Shown: positions 16,810 through 21,664 of the stretch, one piece after another
How the letters are laid out: every line of letters begins with the position of its first letter
How positions within the stretch are numbered: the first letter of the stretch is position 1
NCBI GenBank assembly: GCA_046331705.1
Contig: JAXLQJ010000009.1
Span: forward strand, 186,001 to 207,664
Direction of reading: 5' to 3'
Origin: a bacterium
GTDB lineage: Bacteria > JADJOY01
Length of the DNA: 21,664 bases
Position numbers and translations under genes: made by a program
The notes under the pieces: generated by a model
What the model was told of the DNA's origin: nothing
Databases searched by the model: none
What the model saw: only the letters and a program-made list of their open reading frames with translations

Positions 16810-17720
16810 GGCTGCTTCCCCGCCGACCGCGGCGTCTCGGCCGCCTGCCCCCGCGTCAGCAGGCGCATGAGCTCGCTGTCACCGGGCAGCACCAGCGTGG
16901 TCTGAGGATCGAGGATCTTCCGATACGCCTGGAGCGTGCGCAGGTAGCGGTAGAACTCGGGGTCCTTGGCCAGCGCCTCACCGAAGATGCGCGTCGCCTC
17001 CGCTTCGCCTTGACCGCGGACGCGCTCGGCCTCGGCGCGTGCCTCCGCGAGAATGCGGCTCTTCTCCTGGTCGGCCTCGGCGCGAATCTTGAGCGACTCC
17101 TCCTCGCCCTCGGAGCGGAAGCGCTTGGCGATGCGATCGCGCTCGGCGCGCATCCGGTCGAACACGCTCGACTGATTCTGATCGGGGAAGTTGAGCCGCT
17201 TGATGCGGACGTCGAGCACCTCGACGCCGTAGCGCGTGGCTTGGGTGGCGGCGGACTGGGTGATCGAGGCGAGCACGTCGCCGAGCCGATGCTCCTTCGG
17301 ATCCGTGCTCACCAGCTGCACGAACGGGACGCTTCCCAGCGCGGCGCCGAGCTCGGAGCCGATCACGATCCCGAGGCGCGCCTCGGCGCCCTTGACCGTG
17401 CCCACCGATTGAAGGAACGCCAGCGGATCGTGGATCCGCCAAACGCAATAGGTCTCGATGGTGACGTTGGTCTTGTCGTTGGTCAGGTACTCGGCTTGCG
17501 GTAGGTCGAGGACCTGCAGTCGGGCATCGAGGGTGGTGACGGTCTCGATGGGCGCCGGCAGCTTCCAGTGAAGCCCACGTTCCTCCGCGAGCACCACGCC
17601 GCGCAGCTTGCCGAGGCGCGTGATCACCGCGAACTCGGTGACGTCGACCACGAACAGGCACGACTGGATCACGAGCGCCGCGACCACGACGCCGATCAAC
17701 CCACGGACCCACGGCTTCAT
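16806..17720 (-). CDS. hflC: HflC-like SPFH/band-7 protein
   Basis: N-terminal TM, FVVDVTEFAVITRLGK, GLHWKLP, YLTNDK, WRIHDPLAF, DVRIKRLNFP, VFDRMRAERDRIAKRFRSEGEEES, DPEFYRYLRTLQAY; ATG 17720 with GAGGTG SD 6 nt upstream. Confidence 0.94.
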   Translation of the reverse strand: MKPWVRGLIGVVVAALVIQSCLFVVDVTEFAVITRLGKLRGVVLAEERGLHWKLPAPIETVTTLDARLQVLDLPQAEYLTNDKTNVTIETYCVWRIHDPLAFLQSVGTVKGAEARLGIVIGSELGAALGSVPFVQLVSTDPKEHRLGDVLASITQSAATQATRYGVEVLDVRIKRLNFPDQNQSSVFDRMRAERDRIAKRFRSEGEEESLKIRAEADQEKSRILAEARAEAERVRGQGEAEATRIFGEALAKDPEFYRYLRTLQAYRKILDPQTTLVLPGDSELMRLLTRGQAAETPRSAGKQP

Positions 17721-17730
17721 CGCGCCCACC

Positions 17731-20058
17731 TCATGGGTTCGGTCCGGGGTTTGCCCCAGAGCCCGAGCCTCGCTTCAACGCCTTCAAGAACGGGCTTTCC
17801 GGCGCGGCTTCCTCGCCGCCGCCGTTGGCACTCACGCCCGGCGCGCGCCCTCCCGCTGGCGCGGCGTTCCCGGCGTCGCCTCGGCCCGCCGCGGGCATCA
17901 TCCAGAGATCGAGAGCCCCCGCGCCGGCCACACCCGGCCGCACCACCTTGCGCACCCCGGGCAACACCGTTTCCATCGTTTCCAGGTAGAGGCGCAGCTC
18001 GGTGAGATCGCGGAACGCGGCGAAAGCGTCGGCCTGCGCGCCGAACGCGCCGGCCTCCGCCGCAGCGCGCGCGATCTCGGAGGTGCGCGCACCGGCGGCG
18101 TCGAGCAGCGACTTCGCCGCCTCGCCGCGCGCCTTGGGCAACGTCTCCTCGGTGTAGCCGCGCGCGGTCTGCTCGGCGGTGAGCGCTTCCTCGCGCGCCG
18201 ACGCCACGTCGCGGAAATTCCAGTGCACCAAGGTCGGCGCGTGCACCTCGAGGAGCGCGACGCGGATGACCTCGATGCCGGAGCCGTAGGAGTCGAGCTC
18301 GCGTTGCACCAGGCGGTGGGTGTTGGCCTCGACCGCGGCGCGGCCCTCGGAATAGATCTCGTCGATGGGCCGGTCCCCGATCACCTCGACCATCGCCGAA
18401 CGGGTGGTCGCGCGCACCAGCGCCTCGGGATCGGCGACCCCGAAGCCGAACGCCACCGGATCCTTGGCGCGGTACTCGACGGTGAGATTGATGTCGATGA
18501 TGTTCTCGTCGCCCGTCAGGAAATAGCCTTCGCGCGGCTCCTTCACCCGCCGCGCCTCCGCGCCGGCGGCCCGCGCGGGATCGGGCGCCACCGTGCGAAA
18601 GCCCACGTCCAGCGTGCGCGACTGATCCACCGCGACCACGCTGCCGCGCGCGAACGGCACCGGGGCGTGCAGGTAGCTGCCCGCGCCCAGATCGCGCGCC
18701 ACGATCCGGCCGAAGCGCACGATCGCCCCGCGTTCGCCGGGGCGCACCGTGAGCAGACCGGTGAGCAACCAACCCACCACGGCGATCACGCCTGCCGCGG
18801 CGCCCAAGCGCCGGCGCGTGATCGCAAGCCCGAGCCAGCGCTCGCAGCGCTCGCCGAGTCGCACGAACTCGGGCGGCACGGGCGCTCGCGCGACGCTCGT
18901 CGCGAGCAAGACCACGAAGACCAGCGCCGACGCCAGTCGTAGCGCCATCGGCATGCCGCCCTCGCCACCGAGCGCGAGCATCGGCTTGATCCCCGTGGAC
19001 GCGATCACCAAGTCGAGCAAGGCGCCGAAGGCGATGCTCAGCACGGCCACCACCGTCACGTAGATCGCCACCACGCGCTTGCCGAGGAACTTCGTGAGCA
19101 TGACCATCGAGCCGACGTTGGTCGCCGGGCCGGTGAGCAGGAACACGAGCGCCGCTCCCGGGCTCATGCCTTTCGCCATGAGCGACGCGGCGATGGGCGT
19201 CGAGGCCGACGCGCAGATGTAGAGCGGGATCCCGATCAACGCCATCATCAGCATCGGGGTCACGCCGCGGCCCAAGAAGCGCTCCACCACCGTCGCCGGC
19301 ACGAACGCCGACACCAGCGCGCTCACCACCAAGCCCGCCAGCAGCCAATGCGAGAGATCGTCGAGCAGATCGACGAACCCGTAGCGCAGCGCACGCCGAA
19401 ACCAGCCGCCCGACGCGGGCGGCGGCACGACGTCGAGCCCCACGACCTCGCTCTCGCCGGCGTCGGGTCCGTGGGCGTGGCCGTGGTCGTGGTCGTGATC
19501 GTGGTCGACGAGCGCCGACGCCGGGCTCGGTGTCGCCGCGTCGCCGGCCAGGTTCTCGGCGCAACACGGGTCGACGACCGTCGTCGCAGCGGGCGCGGCG
19601 TCGGCGTCCGCCTTGCCCTGCGCCGCGTCGTCGCGGTCGCTTCCGCCGCCCTCGATCTCCACGGCGAGGCCCGCGACCAGTGCGGTCACGAACGCCGCGA
19701 GCGGCCGGAAGAGCGCCATCAGCCAGCCCATGAGCCCGTACGTCAGCGCGATCGAATCGACCCCGGTCTCCGGCGTGGACACCAGGAACGACACCGTGGC
19801 GCCGCGGCTCGCGCCGCGCCGTCGCAGCGCGATCGCCGTCGGCACCACCGAGCACGAGCACAGCGGCAGGGGCACGCCGACCAGCGAGGCGAGCACGATC
19901 GGTCGGACCCGCCCCTTGCCCAGCAGCCGCTGGATCAGCCGCGCCGGCACGAGCGCGTGCAGCAGGCCCGCCACCGCGAAACCGAAGAGCAGGAAGAACG
20001 ACGCCTCGCGAAACACCAACCACAGCTCGCGCGCGAAGCGCAGCAGGAATTCGAGCAT
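17731..20058 (-). CDS. Fusion protein: DUF318/ArsP-superfamily (SO_0444-like) putative metal permease + C-terminal HflK/SPFH domain
   Basis: aa ~1-390: GVPLPLCSCSVVP, FLVSTPETGVDSI, loop with PCCA and DHDHDHDHGHAHG, GIPLYICASASTPIA, GAALVFLLTGPATN. aa ~415-775: TM + TVRPGERGAIVRFGR, FLTGDENIIDI, FRDVASARE, LPKARGEA, RLYLETMETVL. One uninterrupted 775-aa frame. Confidence 0.92.
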   Translation of the reverse strand: MLEFLLRFARELWLVFREASFFLLFGFAVAGLLHALVPARLIQRLLGKGRVRPIVLASLVGVPLPLCSCSVVPTAIALRRRGASRGATVSFLVSTPETGVDSIALTYGLMGWLMALFRPLAAFVTALVAGLAVEIEGGGSDRDDAAQGKADADAAPAATTVVDPCCAENLAGDAATPSPASALVDHDHDHDHGHAHGPDAGESEVVGLDVVPPPASGGWFRRALRYGFVDLLDDLSHWLLAGLVVSALVSAFVPATVVERFLGRGVTPMLMMALIGIPLYICASASTPIAASLMAKGMSPGAALVFLLTGPATNVGSMVMLTKFLGKRVVAIYVTVVAVLSIAFGALLDLVIASTGIKPMLALGGEGGMPMALRLASALVFVVLLATSVARAPVPPEFVRLGERCERWLGLAITRRRLGAAAGVIAVVGWLLTGLLTVRPGERGAIVRFGRIVARDLGAGSYLHAPVPFARGSVVAVDQSRTLDVGFRTVAPDPARAAGAEARRVKEPREGYFLTGDENIIDINLTVEYRAKDPVAFGFGVADPEALVRATTRSAMVEVIGDRPIDEIYSEGRAAVEANTHRLVQRELDSYGSGIEVIRVALLEVHAPTLVHWNFRDVASAREEALTAEQTARGYTEETLPKARGEAAKSLLDAAGARTSEIARAAAEAGAFGAQADAFAAFRDLTELRLYLETMETVLPGVRKVVRPGVAGAGALDLWMMPAAGRGDAGNAAPAGGRAPGVSANGGGEEAAPESPFLKALKRGSGSGANPGPNP

Positions 20059-20097
20059 GTTCGAGTCCGGATCGCGACGAGCCCCGGCGTCGAGCCG

Positions 20098-20106
20098 AGC
20101 ATAGCA
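20098..20106 (-). promoter_or_regulatory. Extended -10 promoter for the permease-hflK/hflC/hflK operon
   Basis: Minus strand TG-C-TATGCT (20106-20098), a close match to TGnTATAAT in a very GC-rich context, ~40 nt upstream of ATG 20058. Confidence 0.55.
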
Positions 20107-20184
20107 GGCGATTCCGCGGCTTCCGTTCGCGACGGCCGAACGCCTCGGGGCCGCGCGTCCGAGGGTGGGACGGCGCGGCGGCTC

Positions 20185-20213
20185 TTGATCCCGCGTCGTT
20201 CCTCCATTACCTC
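20185..20213 (+). promoter_or_regulatory. Possible sigma70-type promoter for the 63-aa ORF and PLP enzyme
   Basis: TTGATC (20185-20190)-N17-TACCTC (20208-20213); imperfect -10. Confidence 0.3.
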
Positions 20214-20243
20214 TTGGCGGTTTCGCATCCGGAGGAACGAACC

Positions 20244-20435
20244 ATGAACGCCAAGCGTGCCCGTCTGCTGCGCAAGTTCGCGAGCTCCACCAAGCGCGAC
20301 CCGAGCGAGGTCAAGGACCTCTGGAAGACGATCCCCCGCACCGCGCCGCGCGCCGAGGAGAAGAACGACTCCGACGCCAGCCGCCGGTCGCTCGGCGCCG
20401 AGATCCGCCGCACCCTCGCCCGCGACGACGACTGA
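20244..20435 (+). CDS. 63-aa charged small protein of unknown function
   Basis: GGAGGA SD at 20231-20236, ATG 20244, strongly GC3-biased codons; MNAKRARLLRKFASSTKRDPSEVKDLWKTIPRTAPRAEEKNDSDASRRSLGAEIRRTLARDDD. Confidence 0.75.
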   Translation: MNAKRARLLRKFASSTKRDPSEVKDLWKTIPRTAPRAEEKNDSDASRRSLGAEIRRTLARDDD

Positions 20436-20452
20436 ATCGAACGGGCCGCGTC

Positions 20453-21556
20453 ATGACCACCGGCCCGGCGCTGTTCCGCTTCGATCCCCGCTTCGCCGCC
20501 GCGTTCGCGCACCATCCCATCCTCGCCGGGCCGACGCCGGTCCAGCCGCTCGAACGGCTGAGCCGTGAGGTCGGCGGGCCGTCGATCTGGATCAAGCGCG
20601 ACGATCTCTCGAACCCGCTCTACGGCGGCAACAAGCCCCGCAAGCTCGAGTTCCTTCTCGGCGACGTGCAGCGCCGCGGCGCTCGCTCGGTCGTCACCTT
20701 CGGAGTGGTCGGCAGCCATCACGCGCTCGCGACCGCGTTGCACGCGCGCGCCATCGGCGTCGACACCACCGCGGTGCTCGTGCAGGGGCCGCTCCATCCC
20801 CATGCCATCGAGAATCTGCGCCGGACCTGCCTGCACGCCACGCGCACGCTCTATCTCGACTGGGCGCACGCTCCCGCGGTCGCCGGCGCGCTCTGCGCCA
20901 CCTTCGTCGGTCCCATCAACCGGCCCTACCTGATCCCGCCCGGTGGCTCGTCGCCGCTCGGCAATCTCGGCTACGTGTCGGCGGCCCTCGAGCTGGCCGA
21001 GCAGGTGCGCGCCGGCGAGATGCCGAAGCCGGATTACGTGTACGTCCCCGCGGGCAGTCTGGGGACGCTCGCGGGCCTGGTGGTGGGGTTCGCGCTCGCG
21101 CGCCTCGAGACTTGGGTGGTCGGCGTGGCCGTGCTGGGACCGCCCAGCGTCACCACCGACCGCGCCAATCGCCTGGTTCGGCGCGTGCGCCGGCGGCTGA
21201 TCGAAGCATCCCCGGACGTCGAGCGCATCGGCGCGGGCTTCGAGCGACTGAGCCTGCGGTTCGGCGCGCTCGGGCGTGGCTACGGACACGCGACGCCCGA
21301 AGCGACCGAGGCCGCGCGGCACCTCGCCGAGCTCGAGGACGTGAAGCTCGACACCACGTACACCGCGAAGGCCATGGCCGGCATGCTCGAGCAGATCCCG
21401 CAGCCCAGCTTCCAGGGCAAGACGGTGCTCTTCTGGCACACCTTGAGCCGCGCCGCGCCCGCCGAGGACGCGGCCACGCTCGCGGCCGTGCGGCTCCCGG
21501 CGCCGCTCGACACCCTGGTCGCACGCGCCGAACGACGCGCCGCGTTCGCAGGCTGA
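20453..21556 (+). CDS. PLP-dependent D-cysteine desulfhydrase/ACC deaminase family protein
   Basis: PTPVQPL, IWIKRDDLS, YGGNKPRKLEFLL (PLP Lys), GSHHALATA, IPPGGSSPLGNLGYV, GSLGTLAGL, LDTTYTAKA. Confidence 0.92.
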   Translation: MTTGPALFRFDPRFAAAFAHHPILAGPTPVQPLERLSREVGGPSIWIKRDDLSNPLYGGNKPRKLEFLLGDVQRRGARSVVTFGVVGSHHALATALHARAIGVDTTAVLVQGPLHPHAIENLRRTCLHATRTLYLDWAHAPAVAGALCATFVGPINRPYLIPPGGSSPLGNLGYVSAALELAEQVRAGEMPKPDYVYVPAGSLGTLAGLVVGFALARLETWVVGVAVLGPPSVTTDRANRLVRRVRRRLIEASPDVERIGAGFERLSLRFGALGRGYGHATPEATEAARHLAELEDVKLDTTYTAKAMAGMLEQIPQPSFQGKTVLFWHTLSRAAPAEDAATLAAVRLPAPLDTLVARAERRAAFAG

Positions 21557-21570
21557 GGTCGCTCGACCTC
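21555..21570 (+). terminator. Short perfect inverted repeat at the stop codon, possible 3' hairpin
   Basis: GAGGTCG-CT-CGACCTC; no U-tract follows. Confidence 0.25.
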
Positions 21571-21664
21571 CCAACCATCCATCTCCGAGCGGAACGAGCG
21601 CCGCGACGCGCCGCGACGCGGGCCGCGGCCCTCGCCCATCGAGCGGATCGTGGCGCCGCCGCGC

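Noticed and set aside
1-21664. CRISPR array, tRNA/rRNA, transposase/integrase, or anti-phage defence system
   Set aside because: No regularly spaced repeats, RNA gene signatures or recombinase motifs seen. The AAA, NUDIX and SPFH genes match non-defence families and composition looks uniform by eye.

Overview
Very GC-rich, gene-dense chromosomal window from a diderm bacterium (it encodes a TolC-type lipoprotein; a Myxococcota/Deltaproteobacteria-like host is inference only). It holds about 20 real CDSs, and most other long ORFs in the track are GC-driven shadow frames. No rRNA, tRNA, CRISPR array or transposase is recognisable. Left part: envelope/glycosylation genes (partial HlyD-type adaptor, TolC-family protein, a frameshifted GT4, a FabI-like reductase with an ~40-aa loop insertion, a GT-C-type membrane protein, a second GT4 coupled to an NrtR-like NUDIX protein). 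Middle: comM behind a sigma54-type promoter and coupled to a 61-aa protein, a P1/DmpA peptidase, and a Ycf46-like AAA+ ATPase coupled to a double zinc-ribbon protein. Right part: a probable metal-stress locus of two convergent operons, (i) MNIO/DUF692 + DUF2063 partner + degenerate CPBP membrane protein with no visible precursor peptide, and (ii) a His/Cys-rich DUF318/SO_0444-type permease fused in frame to an HflK domain, followed by hflC and a second hflK, with no ftsH or hflX in the window. Operon (ii) is the best candidate for an undescribed system: a transporter tethered into its own SPFH cage. The window ends with a 63-aa orphan and a D-cysteine desulfhydrase-family enzyme.
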